A stretch of 64,000 bases of DNA from Octopus bimaculoides (GCF_001194135.2 NC_068986.1:22282536-22346535); one strand, 5' to 3'. Shown: positions 1 through 12,870, numbered from the stretch's first letter. The notes: generated from the letters alone by a model not told the origin. Program-made: numbers and translations.

Positions 1-842
1 GAGTCAGCAAGGAGCTTGTACATGATCACTTAATGAAAAGCCAACTTCAAGTCACACTACACTTTTAAACTAGGAAGAACAAAATAGATAATGTTGATTG
101 AGATATCCCAAAATGTAGGATGATCATAGCTGAAACACTTATGATCATAGACGTGGTTGATAAAAGCTAACTTGGGATTAAATGACAACAATTCTAAAAG
201 GATGAAAAAAAATTTTGATAACGGGAAGACTTGAATGTAAGTAAAGAAAGAAAACTTTATATTGCAAAGTATTTAGTCTGTGAAGCTAATATTCTGCCAC
301 CTAATTGCTGTATCATACCTCTATCAGGTTATTTGATCTGCAAGATAGAAATTCATTCTCTATCAACTAAAAAAAGATCACAATGTTAGATGAATTGGAC
401 CTGAAGAAATGGAATGGTATTAGCTAGAGTGCCTTTTAATCTGGAGTCTTTTCTTTCAGGAACTAAATAACAAGTTTATATAGAAAGAAAACCTATTTTT
501 GTTTTGTTTTTGTTGTTGTTTAAATTGGTTTAGTTTGTCAGAAAGGGCTGTGTACATAGCCTTCTGAGACTGATGCTGTTAATGTTTCACTAGGACTGCT
601 GTAAGTCAATGACTATAAAAACAAAAAAAAAAAAATGAATAGGGAGGAAATTCCAGAAGGGCAGCATTCTTCAGTTGATGGATTAGATGTAGTGATTAGT
701 GTAGGACCTGACTGGATGAACACAATTTTGGTGAAGAGTGAATTAAGGAGAACTTGAGCAGAGCAGAAGCCATTGCAGTGGTATCAGATTAGAGAATGAG
801 CAAAGAAAAATGTGAGGAGAAAATATAAAATATAATACAGAC

Positions 843-1170
843 ATCGGCATAGCTGTGTGATTAAAAAGCTTGCTTTGCAACCAGTCTCTTTGCATGGTAC
901 CGTGACCTCTACTTTGGACCCAAGCTCACTTGCAAGTGAATTTGGTAGATGGAAACTGTGGACGTCTGTCGTATGTATATATATATGTCTGTTTGACACC
1001 CCCACCACTTGACAACTGGTGTTGGTTTGTTTACACCTCTGTAACTTTGTGGTTTAACAAAAAAGACCAATAGAATAAAAGACTTAAAAAATAAGTGCCA
1101 GGGTCAATTTGATTAAACTCTTCAAGGTTGTGCCCCAGCATGGCCACAATCCTATGACAAACAAGTATAA
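843..1170 (+). mobile_element. SINE family B, diverged copy
   Basis: Matches the other family B copies (gctgtgtg..aagcttgct head, gtgaatttggtagatggaaactg core, ccccagcatggccaca tail). Confidence 0.75.
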
Positions 1171-2427
1171 AAAAAAAAAAAATTATGTGATTCTTGGTTT
1201 TATTTTTTAATTTTTTTTATCAAAGTACAAACGGATTTTCTTTAGAGATGAAGCATGGAAGACTTGATTGATACACTATTGAAAGAATGGAAAACAAATG
1301 ATCCTTGCAAGACTCAAAAACATTTATTTAATTCCAATAGTCTAACAATTTCATATAGTTCTGAGTTAAATCCCAGCTGTACAGAATCTTGGGCAAGTGT
1401 CTTCTACTTTGGGTCCAGGGTAACTTCTGTCTTGTAAGTGAAATTTGATAGGCAGACCATGCAGAAACTCTTCATGTACATGTGTCTCTGTCAATATTTA
1501 CACTGCATAATTAGCGCTTGTCTTATGCTTTTTTTTCAGTTTTTTTTTTATGCTCAATGTCTTAACAGTGCAACCAAATAAGTGCGTATCCTAGAATGAT
1601 ATGATCAATGAAATCCTCAAAAGTAGTACTCCAACATGGTTGCTGTCTATTGACTGATACGAAGATTAGATGAAGGTTGTTGGTTCAATGAAAAAGACTA
1701 TCAGAATTGATGGTAACATGTGTTAAGATTGTGGTTTTGTTATTCATATCCTGCATGGGTTTTTTACATGCTGGGATGGGTAATAAAAAACAAAAATTGG
1801 ATCAAGCAGTGAAGAAGGTGTGACTAGGCCATGAGATGCCAAACAGACTAATTGATTAAGGTAACAACTGTAGGGTGATTCACAATTTTATACTGAAAAA
1901 CTGCCAAAACAGTCTGGAAGCAACAACTCTAGGATTCTCTGCTGTCCAGAAGATATGCCTCTCACTAATTTAATGATATGTAATGTTGGATTAATTCCAA
2001 CATTACGAAGTTAATATGGTTTAGAAATTGTTTTCTTGTTTTACATTATTTTTTGTTTTTGTTTTTTCTTTCTCTGAATGGGGGTGTTTGAGCAATTATT
2101 TCTGTAACTAAATGGCATTATTGTTACTAACCAATAAATCACCAAGCAAGAATGGGATCTAATATCTGCCAGGTAAATGGAGGCAAGCAAACATGTACCT
2201 TACCTTAAAAAAGGAAGAACACATTGGATAATTTAGTCATAGATGTACAATGTCTGGATAAAAGACAAAATAGTCACAACTATAATAAATATAGCTGCTT
2301 TGTTTTTTTTTTATGTATAGCATCAGCTCAGGCTTGATTGAGCAGACCTATGAGCATAGGTGTAGTAGCTGTGACAATTTTGTACGGTGTGTCAAGAACT
2401 CATCATCAATGTCATCATCATCTTTTA

Positions 2428-2765
2428 ATGTTCGCCTTCAGTGGTTAGGGCAGTGGGCTCACGGTCATAGGATCACAGTTTTGATTCCCAGATCAGGCAT
2501 TGTGAGTGTTTATTGAGTGAAAACACCTAAAGCTCCACGAGGCTCTGGCAGGGGGAGGTGGTGAACCCTGCTGTATTCTTTCACAACAACTTTCTCTCAC
2601 TCTTCCTGTTTCTGTTGTGCCTGTATTTCAAAGGGCTAGCCTTGTCACACTGTGTCACACTGAATATTCCCGAGAACTACGTTAAGGGTACACATGTCTG
2701 TAAAGTGCTCAGCCACTTGCATGTTAATTTCATGAGCAGGCTGTTGTCGTAACTGATGGAGTGCC
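2428..2765 (+). mobile_element. SINE family C (tRNA-like head)
   Basis: A/B-box-like head (cagtggttagggcag..ttgattccc). The 3' half (aaagggctagccttgtcacac..gttaatttcatgagcaggctg..gatggagtgcca) is shared with 6565-6876. Confidence 0.75.
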
Positions 2766-3530
2766 ACAATGTTGGTATGGGTTGGACAGTTTTACAGGAG
2801 CTTGCATCAGACTTCTGTGTTTGTTTTTGCATGGTTTTTACACAGCTGGATGCCCTTCACAGCACCAACCACCCAGCAGAGTGATCAAATGTGTCTTTTG
2901 TTTTTCTAAAAGAGTAGGGTGTGATTTGAGTGCCCACATAAGAAGCTCTTTCATTGTCTCATGTACTAAGTGTTGAACAATGTAATCGATAGTCCAACAT
3001 CTTGATCTCTAGGCATAAAATATTGAAATTAAGAATAAATGTTTACACATTTTTGCTTAAACTGTAGTCACAAAGACTATAACTCCAATAACAAATTGTT
3101 AAAAGATTCAGTTGTTATACTCTAAAGCTTATGAATAATGGTTGAAGATGTTTCAATTTTTGTTCAAATTTTAGATTATTTCTCATTCTTTTTATTTTTC
3201 AATAAGACACAAAATTATGAAGTGTTCAACATATTTCAGCTGATATTGCTTACATCTGTTAAAATATGAATGTTCTTCATGTTATCACACCCACCAGTAT
3301 CTATTTATTAGTGAATGAGAGCAGTTGAGAGTTAAAAGTCTTGACTATGGATACATGACAGTAACTATGATAGGTTATGAACTATACTTGTCAGCTAATA
3401 AATTGGTAGACTACAAGGAAACTAGTGAGGTTCTGCATTGGCAAAAAGTAATACAGATAGTTCAAACTGTGGAATAAATTTTATACTGTCAAGGGGAAGA
3501 GATGTCTAACATTTCATGCAAAACCATTTA

Positions 3531-4619
3531 CAAGGGGTGTTCATTAAAGATTTCACCTGACCCACTTCTCAAGGACTGGGATAAACAAAACTTGGCATAA
3601 TTATTAGTCCTCTACATAGCCACCACCAATGATGACACACTTCTCCGATGAGCTGTAAAGACCTCATCTGTAGAAGTCGGTAGGTTGTGTCTAGAGCCAC
3701 TACTTTACCTCAGAAATAGGTCCATCATCTGAAAAGTGCTTCCCCTTCAAAAAAGACTTCATGGTTGGAAAGAGGAGGAAGTCAGATGGTGCAAGGTTGG
3801 GTGAGTAAAGATTTCATAGCCGCAGGAGTGTGCTTTCATCTGGGCAACATGCACATTGTGAACTTCAGTGTTGACTTGGAGGAGGCAGACTCCTTTAGTC
3901 AGCATGCCACACCTCTCTGCTTTGATGGCGTCCTGTAATTTCCTCAGCAGAGAAGCATAATATGCCCCTTTAATTGTGGTGCCCTTTACCAGAAAATCCA
4001 TTATCACTACTCCGCTCTGTTCTCAAAAGACTGAGCATCACCTTGTCTGCTGAGGGTTGGGAGCAATTGACTCATTCCTTCTTCTGAAAATGTGCAAGCA
4101 TTCAGGGTATCCATCGTGTAGACAACGTCTGCATGTGCAAATGGTCATGAATGGGTTTTTTTCCCGGTGCCTACATTTATCTTCACTTTTGGGCTAGTTG
4201 CCAAATAATTATGCAGCAATCCTTGAAAATAGCAGCTTCCCATTTATGGATGGTGTCGTCATCAATGGCAGAATCTGGGCATCCAAGAATAGGAGCAATT
4301 TCCATTGATGTCCGACCACATTTGAACTGGCTATGCCAGTGCTTGACTACATTGTCACTGTAAACTTCTTTTATCTCATCAAAAGTCTCTTCTGGTGTAT
4401 GATCTTTCAAGTATAAGAACCTGATCACTGATCTGCAGTCAACTGCCTCCATTATAACACCTTAGTCTACTTTAGCAGCTGTAAAAGACAAACGAATACT
4501 AGTGGAAAGCTACAATTTACAATGTGACATGTAGAGACATGTATGATTATACCTGTACAAGTTCTATTTCCTGCAATAACTGGAAGTGAGTCAGGGGAAA
4601 CTTTAATGAATACCCCTTG
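3531..4619 (-). mobile_element. Mariner transposon, internally deleted, transposase pseudogene
   Basis: About 30-bp TIRs (caaggggtgttcattaaagatttcacctgac / gtcaggggaaactttaatgaataccccttg), with TA on the left. Broken frames give MEAVDCRSVIRFLYLK..KCGRTS and DFLVKGTTIKGAYYASLLRKLQDAIK..LLQVN..HP, typical of mariner. Confidence 0.9.
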
Positions 4620-4769
4620 TCTTAGATCGCCTATAATCTCACAGTTATCCATGGGTGAAGTAGCTTACCTAATTGATTGAGTGCTGTTCTGCTGGTTGAA
4701 GAATATCAACAACTGTTGTCTTGCTGGCAATGATATTGAAAAATACATCTACCACTAATTAAGTCAAAG

Positions 4770-4975
4770 AAGCAGACTTCTATGTAGACATTCATCCTGC
4801 TAGAAATGGCAGCATAAATTTCTGAAAATCACAGACTACTATCATCAAAAAAAATGAACCACATTGGACAATGAACTCCTAAATGCAATGTCTGAATCAA
4901 AAATGGGATGGTCAAGGCTGGAAAGCTTTTGGTCATAGGTCTTTTCAGTCAGAGCTGACATGGGTTAAACAACAG
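4770..4975 (+). mobile_element. Interspersed repeat family E (ctgctagaaat..gggatggtca.ggctggaa..gatcatagg..gggttaaacaac)
   Basis: The same motif string recurs at about 40-190, 7600-7780(-), 23030-23225, 23345-23500(-), 37715-37910, 39780-39930, 57990-58150 and 61340-61400. Confidence 0.7.
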
Positions 4976-5852
4976 TTCTCTGATATAGCCCCACAATTAA
5001 AATAAAGCAACTGTTCCTGTATGCTGGGGTTATCTTGAAAGCTGGCACCTGGGTCTAGTTTCATATCATTAAGTTGATGAGAGATACATCTCTCTCTGGA
5101 TAGGATACCAGTCTACAACATGTAACTTAGCCTTGTGGTTAGGTACTTCCGCCTAGCAGCAAAAAGAAGTGAGATAATGGAAAATAAAATGTGTCCTGCT
5201 TCAAAGCAAAATTGCTTTCAGTGTATTTGAAAATCACTCAGCTATCTCCTCTCTATATAAGCAGCAAGTTTAATTCACTTGCAATTTTGAGCTGAAATTC
5301 TTCCTGGAATGTCGTAAGAGAAAGGTTTTGTGCAGAATCCTTCAGAGAGAGATGTGGGGGAGGGGGGATGAGAGTGCTTACTTGTGATGCAGGATAAAAA
5401 TTTATTCCACTTCTTAAACACTTTGTATTATCAGTTACCAATGCAAAACACCACTAGTTCTATCAGATTTTATTGTTTTACTGCATTAGAGCTGCTTATT
5501 CAGAGGTAGTGATGATATTTTCAAGCTCGCAATGCTTTGCTGAAATCTCACAAGTTTGTGGGGAGAAAATATTTTGAAAATGGGATAAACTCCTACAAAA
5601 TGTGACTCCAGGTTAACCATCAGTCACTAAAAAGTGGATGATGATGCTTTAATAGAATAGTAATCAGCTTTGGGGATCAAATCATTAAAACATGGATTTT
5701 TACATCAAATTAAACATTTAACTATCTAGGACCATGACCTATATTTTAACACAGTTTTCAGCAGTTATTCCTCACTTGTATCTGAGTATTTCATTTCCTT
5801 TTTTTCATTTATTGTCTTAATTTTTCTGATGATTGAGAAAACTGATTCTTAC

Positions 5853-6308
5853 ATGAAACATGTGTTCACACAAGTTAAACTTGACAGGATTGGGGCCGAC
5901 GGATTTTTCATCTTTGTCATTTGTCCTCTTCATTTCCCTAACACTTATCAAACAGTTCTGCCAACAGTCAAGATGGTTTCATACAAGAGTTCATGATCTG
6001 CTGCTTCTTTTTAGGTTTTCAGATTGGTGCTGGTCTTCTACTTCGTAATCTGTTTGCATTAGACTTTGTAATGTTACAGAGAGTAACTGCAGAGTTTTTT
6101 GTCAGTGCCGAGTTTGTCATAAAGGATCTAATGGAGAAGTTTGGTTCTTTGGCATCCATGGCTTGCCCAACTGCTCTGATATTTGATGGTGGCTTCAATG
6201 CTGTTGGTTTGAGCTTTCTCAGAAACTGCAATGTTGGTGACATTGTCCTCTTATTTAGCGTTCACTGTTGATCAGAGCTTCATCTGGTCGACATGGTTGT
6301 GTTTTAAC
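5853..6308 (-). other. Candidate exon (456 bp) containing a 74-aa ORF (6019-6243)
   Basis: Non-repetitive sequence bounded on the minus strand by tatatttag|GTTAAAAC and TTTCAT|gtaaga. No frame is open end to end, and I recognise no protein similarity. Confidence 0.25.
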
Positions 6309-6564
6309 CTAAATATAATGCAAATATAATTCTAAAATTTTATTCTATATAAAAATATTGTTTCATATATAGGCATGTTAGCTATGTATGGAAGTTTAGG
6401 GAGAAGAGGAAAAGGAAAGTTGTGATATTTCCAGTATTCTAAAGGTTATAAGCATTATGAATCAAAAGTTACTTGTGAACTCAGCTATCTGGAATCTTAC
6501 CTCTTGTGTTTTATAGATCAAGCTATGTTACTTAGCCTCTTCCTGTACTCTTATTTGTGAAGGT

Positions 6565-6876
6565 GTATGACTTAGTGGCTTGGGCTTTTGGTTCACAATC
6601 ATAAGGTTGTGAGTTTGATTCCTGGGAGTGTTTTGTGTCCTTGAGCAAGACACTTTATTTCAAATTGCTCCAGTTCACTCACCTGGAAAAATTGAGTTGT
6701 ACTTGTAATTGAAAAGGCCAGCTTTGTCATGCTCCATACATAATCTCCTCAAGAAATACATTAAGGATACGTGTGCTTATGGATACTCAGCTACTTGCAC
6801 ATTAATTTCATGAATAGGTTGTTCCATTGATCAAATCAACTGGAACACTTGTTGCATGTAACCAGTGGAGTGCCAG
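6565..6876 (+). mobile_element. SINE family C
   Basis: tRNA-like head (cttagtgg..gagtttgattcc), core tgtccttgagcaagacactttatttc..gctccag, and a tail shared with 2428-2765. Confidence 0.75.
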
Positions 6877-6893
6877 TAAAAAAACATTCTTAT

Positions 6894-7107
6894 TTAATCT
6901 TTTTGTGACCATATTTCTGTTGAAATACACAGCTTTTGTTTCAATAAAGAGTTTGGTAAAATAATTTTATTAGAATAAACCTGGTGTTTGCAGTATAAAT
7001 TAGTATGAAATTTTGTTGGAAAAGTTTTAATAAGATCATTTTACAACAGGGATGTTGTATTACAGAACCAGGGTCAGTTTCAGGTGGGTTGATATCAAAA
7101 GGGTTGA
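6894..7107. mobile_element. piggyBac-type MITE (TTAA, CCCTT-like ends), copy 1
   Basis: Begins ttaatcttttt and ends aaaagggttga. Homologous along its length to 25791-26020 and 62599-62815. Confidence 0.65.
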
Positions 7108-8804
7108 TAAATGATTTTTATATCACAGGTCAGGCAGATAAGATTCTAGAGTCATTGTTTTTGTTTTTGATATTTATTTCATTTCCAAATTCACACAAGT
7201 ATGAAGATACATCCTAGTAATTAATATCTTAATTCTCTTTTTTTTCTGCATAGGTTAAGTTTCACTTCATTAAAGATACTAGTAGAAAGAGAGAGACACT
7301 AAATAACAGAAAACCTTAGTTGTAGTAGGCTAAAACTCTCTGTTCCTTTTTTTTTTTTTTAATATTTTCTCTTTGTTTTTTGCTCTAGATTCTTACATCC
7401 CATTTACTTGGCTATACTAATATATTTTCAAGGTCATTTATTCATAACAAGTTCACTTCTGTTTGGTATCATTACAATTAAAACAAGATTATACTGTGAG
7501 CACTGTTAAGATCTTGATTTCACAATCCTGCAACTTGGGTTTCAATTCTTGCTTTAGTAAAATTTCATTTTGCTCATAGTGCTATTGTAGTTGTTCTTTT
7601 GCTCCAGTTCAGCCTTGATTCAGTGGATATTATGACCAGTCATGACTATCCCATCTTTTTGTATGTCAGGGATTACATTATTCAACATCTCATTCCTGTT
7701 AAGATATTAAAGATGTGATTTTGAGGAACATTTGTCTGCTATTTCTAGCAGGTTGAGCAGCGGCTTAGTGACTGTATCTCTTGCTTGAATTTTGAGAAAA
7801 ACATGATCATCATATAATTTAGTTTTTCTTCTTTTCTGAATGGGATACATTCTGAATTTAGGAATCACTATAAAAATCTAACCCCACCCTACCAAAATAT
7901 ATATATATATATTTGTGTGTGTGTATGTGTGCATGTATACTCAACCAGATGCCACACAGTTTATGTCTTACAAATTCTCTCACAAAGCATTGGCTGACCC
8001 AGAGCTGTAGTAGATGACACTTACCCAAGGTGCCATGGCATGGGACTGAACCAGAAACCAGATAGCTGCAAAGTGAGCTTCATAACCACACAGCCATGCC
8101 TGCACCCTCATGGCTATGCTTTTATCTACACAGTCATGCCTGCTGATTCCTTTTTAAAACAATGTACCTAGCACTGTATTAGCCAGTTTGTCCTTCCGTT
8201 TGTATGAGAGTAGGATATGGTTTTCAGAAGACTTAATTACTATTTCTTGCAGGTTGAATGAATGATCTATAGACTTGCTCCATCAGTGGTTTAAGTGATA
8301 TAGTGGGGGAAAAAATCCATAAGATTCCTCCACCCACAGCTACAAAGCATTGCAGTACGTATCACTGATTTTGTGTGCTAGTTATTAACCTATAAAATAT
8401 TTAGTACAAAAAAAGATTACTCAGTTCTAGTACAAATCTTCTAAGTATCCACATGTAGAAAACCTGTTCTAAATTTACATAGAATTTACATTCTGCATCA
8501 TATGATACTTGGATGTACAAACTGGGAGTTGGTGGAGGATAAGAAACATATGTGAAAATTTATAAGTGCATATGTATAAACATATGTAACCATATACATA
8601 GCTGAGAGTTTTTACAGAAACACATACACTCTCTCACACACATGTATACACATAAACACATACACACACACACATTATATAGGATGTTACAATAATGGCA
8701 TTTTGATTGAATTTATATATTAAGTTATAAGTTTCAAAACAGGTTACTTCTTTTGCACCCCATCAATGAAGAAAATATAGCATATATATGATATCATCAT
8801 CATC

Positions 8805-8875
8805 ATCATAGTTTAACGTTTGCTTTCCATGCTGGCATGGGTTGGACGGATTGACTGAGGGCTGGCAAGCCAGAA
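8805..8875 (-). mobile_element. RTE-type 3' tail fragment
   Basis: Reverse complement of ccaacccatgccagcatggaaagcaaacgttaaac followed by (GAT)n, the same as 48330-48470. Confidence 0.65.
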
Positions 8876-8879
8876 GCAA

Positions 8880-9055
8880 AAAATTATCTGCACTTTTGCC
8901 ATTACGTAGCTTTATTATTGTCACACTGTCTTCTGCACATGCATGCTTATAGTTGGTGCTATTGTGGTTACATCAAAGTTTGAGCCTGATCGTGCCATTT
9001 TTCTGGTAATGTGCACCAAAGAAGAACAAAGAGCAGTGGTTGAATTTTATGGCAT
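8880..9055 (+). mobile_element. Mariner 5' fragment
   Basis: 5' UTR-like segment, then MCTKEEQRAVVEF, a mariner transposase N-terminus. Confidence 0.55.
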
Positions 9056-9299
9056 TGTGAACTGAAGAAATTTTCATCACTACATGTGGTTGAAAATTCT
9101 GATAGATGAAGTCAGCAACTTTCATAGGAGATTCTCATCTTAGACACAATTGAAGGTTTTGCTGAGAAGAAAACAGAAGTGTGTGTTGTATAAGAATAAG
9201 TCATTGATTGATCTAGCTCTACAGAAATCATTGTGACAGTCACTAAGAAAACAAAGTGTTTTAAGATAACCAAGGAGGTGGTTGTCTTCAACTATTTTC

Positions 9300-9730
9300 T
9301 TTATCATTCTCTGTCTAGAGGTAGCTTCTCAAATCCATGAAAACATGTGGCAGTTTGGTGCTCTTCCAAGAATGACTATATTTCTAACCATGCACCTACT
9401 TTCTTACTGTTTTTACTTCTAACTTTCAAAGTTGTTGTTACATATGGCGTTGCTCATACTTCTAATTTACATTTGATATTCAACTGACATGCTTCACTAG
9501 CTTTGTGGATTATTCCAAAGAAAAATCCTTTGTTTCTTGTGTCCTCTACTCCTTGGTACCTGCTGGTCTCACGCTGCCTCTACTCAAGTACACCCAACTC
9601 ATCCATCTCTCCTTTCATCACCCATATTATGTCAATGCTCCACAAAGATTCACATTAACCTCTATGCTCAGTCCATCTTCTCCAGAACATTATCCTTCTT
9701 GAATTCCCTCTCTGCACATATTTTACATGC
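9300..9730 (+). mobile_element. CR1/Jockey-like LINE 3' remnant
   Basis: Translates to ..INLYAQSIFSRTLSFLNSLSAHI, resembling the Y..SFF.RT..LWNSLP C-terminus of CR1-group ORF2. Confidence 0.5.
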
Positions 9731-10035
9731 AGCAAAAAAAAAACAAAAACGCTTGCAACTCTTCAGGAAGAACATTAACTGTGTTAATCTCACTGGTCCT
9801 CAACCCAAGGAGGCCAACGCTACATTTTCTTCCTCAAAACTAATCAAGAAAAAAAAAAAGCAAACAGAAAGCACAACAAAATCCAGATATTGTGTACATT
9901 AAAGTCCCCAAGAACGATGATTTTTACAAAAGAAGTTACAACAAACAAACAACTGATAGTATTTTGAGACTGATTGAACCAATGGTGTCATTGATTATTG
10001 TGTATAGGTGGCTTATAGGTGATTGTGCATAAGTG

Positions 10036-10461
10036 CAGGCCTGGATTAAGACTCATAGAAATCCTAAGCACTTAAAAGATTTTGGTGCCCCACCATATAT
10101 ATCTGCAATTCAAAACATAAACAATAATAAACCATGAAATAAACTTTTATTTTACAAAATGAAACAAAACTAACAAAACTAAGATGGAAAATAATGTTTA
10201 TTTTTGTGTACTTCACTTTATTTATATTTGAAAAGTTTTCACCTACTTTTTTTTTATTTGCAAAGTCTTTGATCAGTTCCTCACCATAAACACTTCAAAA
10301 TTATATTTCTGATCATATAAACCACTTTGAATATTATTTTAGCAAGCTTAAAGTGATTTCTTTTGTGCTGTAAACCATCTACCATTGACCCCCATTGACC
10401 CCCGCTTTCCCTTGATGTCCTAAACACATGCTTATTTTGCTTAATGATTAATCCAGCACTG
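10036..10461. mobile_element. hAT-type MITE
   Basis: TIRs caggcctggattaa / ttaatccagcactg. 8-bp TSD cataagtg (10028-10035) / catgagtg (10462-10469). Confidence 0.8.
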
Positions 10462-10737
10462 CATGAGTGATAGGGGCTGTGAGTGTTAGTTAGAATGTGC
10501 TACTGCAATAAATTATACCCTTTGCATGTGGTTTTTCATTTTAAGTATATTTGTTTTATATTATTAGTAAGTTGTGGGTGGTGGATTCTGTGCAACCTGT
10601 GTTGAAGTATGTGAAGTGTGTTGTTTTGTGGAATGAAATGATTGGGCACAGCTTGTATGGATGCTGATGGTTTGATGTGGCTGACTGGACATTCAATCTG
10701 TTTTGGTTGAATGTCACGCAAACACACGTGTGCACGC

Positions 10738-10782
<45 letters not shown>

Positions 10783-11229
10783 TATGTAGAAATATATACA
10801 TATAAACAGAAAGAATGAGAGAGGAGAGAGAGAGAGAGAAAGAGGGTAGAGAGGGGGGAAAGTAGGAAAGAGAAATGGCGAGAGAGGTGGAAAAAAAGAG
10901 GGAAAGACAGAGAGTGGGCGATCGAGGGGAGAAGGAGAGAAGAGAGGGAAAAAGAAGGAGGAAGAGAGGCATTATGATTATGATTGAACACAATTGACAT
11001 AAATACTTTCCTCATACAAATGTGCTCAAACGCATAAACAGAGAGAGAGAGAGAAGGGGTGGAGGGAGGAAGGGAACAAGGAAATATTAGAAAAGAACCG
11101 TCGAAATGTCTGCTGTCAAGTGAGTCAACGATGAAACAGTGACACCAAATACATGACGCAAAATGGCTCTGCCAAAACGTCACACACATGTGGTTTCGTA
11201 TTCCATGTTGTTTATTATGGTTTGTCACA

Positions 11230-11470
11230 AAGTGATCGGAGTTGGGCTACAAACAAAAACTAGTGTCACTCATGATAGATCGTTTGTCTTCCTGTTGGTC
11301 AAATGCAATGGCTGCAAGTGTTCTGTAGTCTCTAATTGATTGCTAAACCTTTGCAAGGCTGAAGGAATCGATGAAGAAAAGAAAGGAAACCTGTGAGCCG
11401 GAGAATGTTACATGTTGATGGCTGAATCTGGGATAAACAGTTGAATGGCTTTGCATACATTCCAGGATAT
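11230..11470 (-). mobile_element. CR1-like 3' remnant headed by a CA repeat
   Basis: The minus strand reads cacacagaaatatcctggaatgtatgcaaagccattcaactgtttatccc, homologous to 12300-12360 on the plus strand. Confidence 0.5.
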
Positions 11471-12305
11471 TTCTGTGTGTGTGTGTGTGTGTGCATATGT
11501 GCATGCACATGTGTGTGTGCAAGTGTGTGTCGGTATTCATGTGAATGTGTTTAAGTGTGTGTGTGCACACGCATGCAAGTCTGTGCATGCATGTGAGTGT
11601 GCATTGTGTGCATGCATATTAGTGTATGCATGTGTATGTGTGCATGCATGTATGTCTATGTGTGTGTGTGTGTTAAAAGTACATTGGAATACTTTTAACA
11701 TGTATTAGAGGGTGCTGCTGCAACACACACACATATACACGTACACACACTGATTTACAGACAGATACACACATGCACACACAAGCGTTACATACATACA
11801 CACTCTTCTCTTTCTCACACACACATGTATACATACATGTGCATATGCACGCAGATATACACACACATTCTCATGCACTCGAGCACACATACACTCACAC
11901 TCTCTCTTACATGCACACACACACACATAATCCCTCACACACATACACATACACACAGACTCTCTCCTCATGCACACACACACAGAGGCTTATATTGCAA
12001 TACAAACTGCAACACATACACACACATGTATACACAGACACACACAACACAGCACACTAACCAATACAACACAGAACACACACACACACACAACGCAACA
12101 CATGCACACAATACAGCACTCATGCACACATACACATGTATACACACACACACAGAATACAGCACATGCACACAACACAGCACTCATGCACACAACACAG
12201 CATGTGTACACACACCCACACATGTGCATGCACACACATACACACACACATGCATGTATACACACACACACATGCATGTATACACACACACCCACTCATA
12301 CACAC
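11470..12305. repeat. Complex TG-rich then CA-rich degenerate microsatellite
   Basis: TG/TGCA repeats to about 11675 and CA/CATG repeats from about 11720. This tract is the source of many spurious H/T/V/C-rich ORFs. Confidence 0.9.
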
Positions 12306-12640
12306 AGAAACATCCTTGAATTCCTACAAGGCCATTCAACTGATTATCCCTAATTCAATCATCAACAAGCCACAACTTCTAGCTCGCAGCTTCTCTCTCT
12401 CTCTCTTTTTCTCCATCCATTGCTACTACAACAGACTATACACATTTCTCATAATCTATTTCTAATTTGCATTCTCTTCAGAGCCGCAAGCAGTTATCTG
12501 TCTACCCTTGCCATCTTCTAAACCAGCATGAAACATTTCCACCGGACATTCTTCCTGTAATATGATACATACTGGAATCCTCTCCCTTCCTCGCACTTTT
12601 CCTGCAAATATTTGTTTACAGATGTTCAAGCGACGTAGTT
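12300..12640 (+). mobile_element. CR1-like LINE 3' remnant
   Basis: KAIQLIIPNSIINKPQLLARSFSLSLFFSIHCYY resembles the CR1-group KAIRLI..SLQ.LAHRR..ASLSLFYRYY. A later tggaatcctctccct resembles WNSLP. Confidence 0.55.
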
Positions 12641-12870
12641 ACTGCATCAATTGATCCAGTCCAGTAGGACTAGAAAACCATGGGCAATGACCCTCCTTCT
12701 CTAGAATTAGTCATGGTTGCGGACTTGAAGGAAGGAGGTGAGTGTTTTGCGGATGACAAGAAGAGGACACGATGCCACACTGGTTGCCAAATTGCTGATT
12801 GCTTAAATTCTTTACTATGTATATGTATGTGTGTGTGTATATGTGTATGTATGTGTGGGTATATATACAG

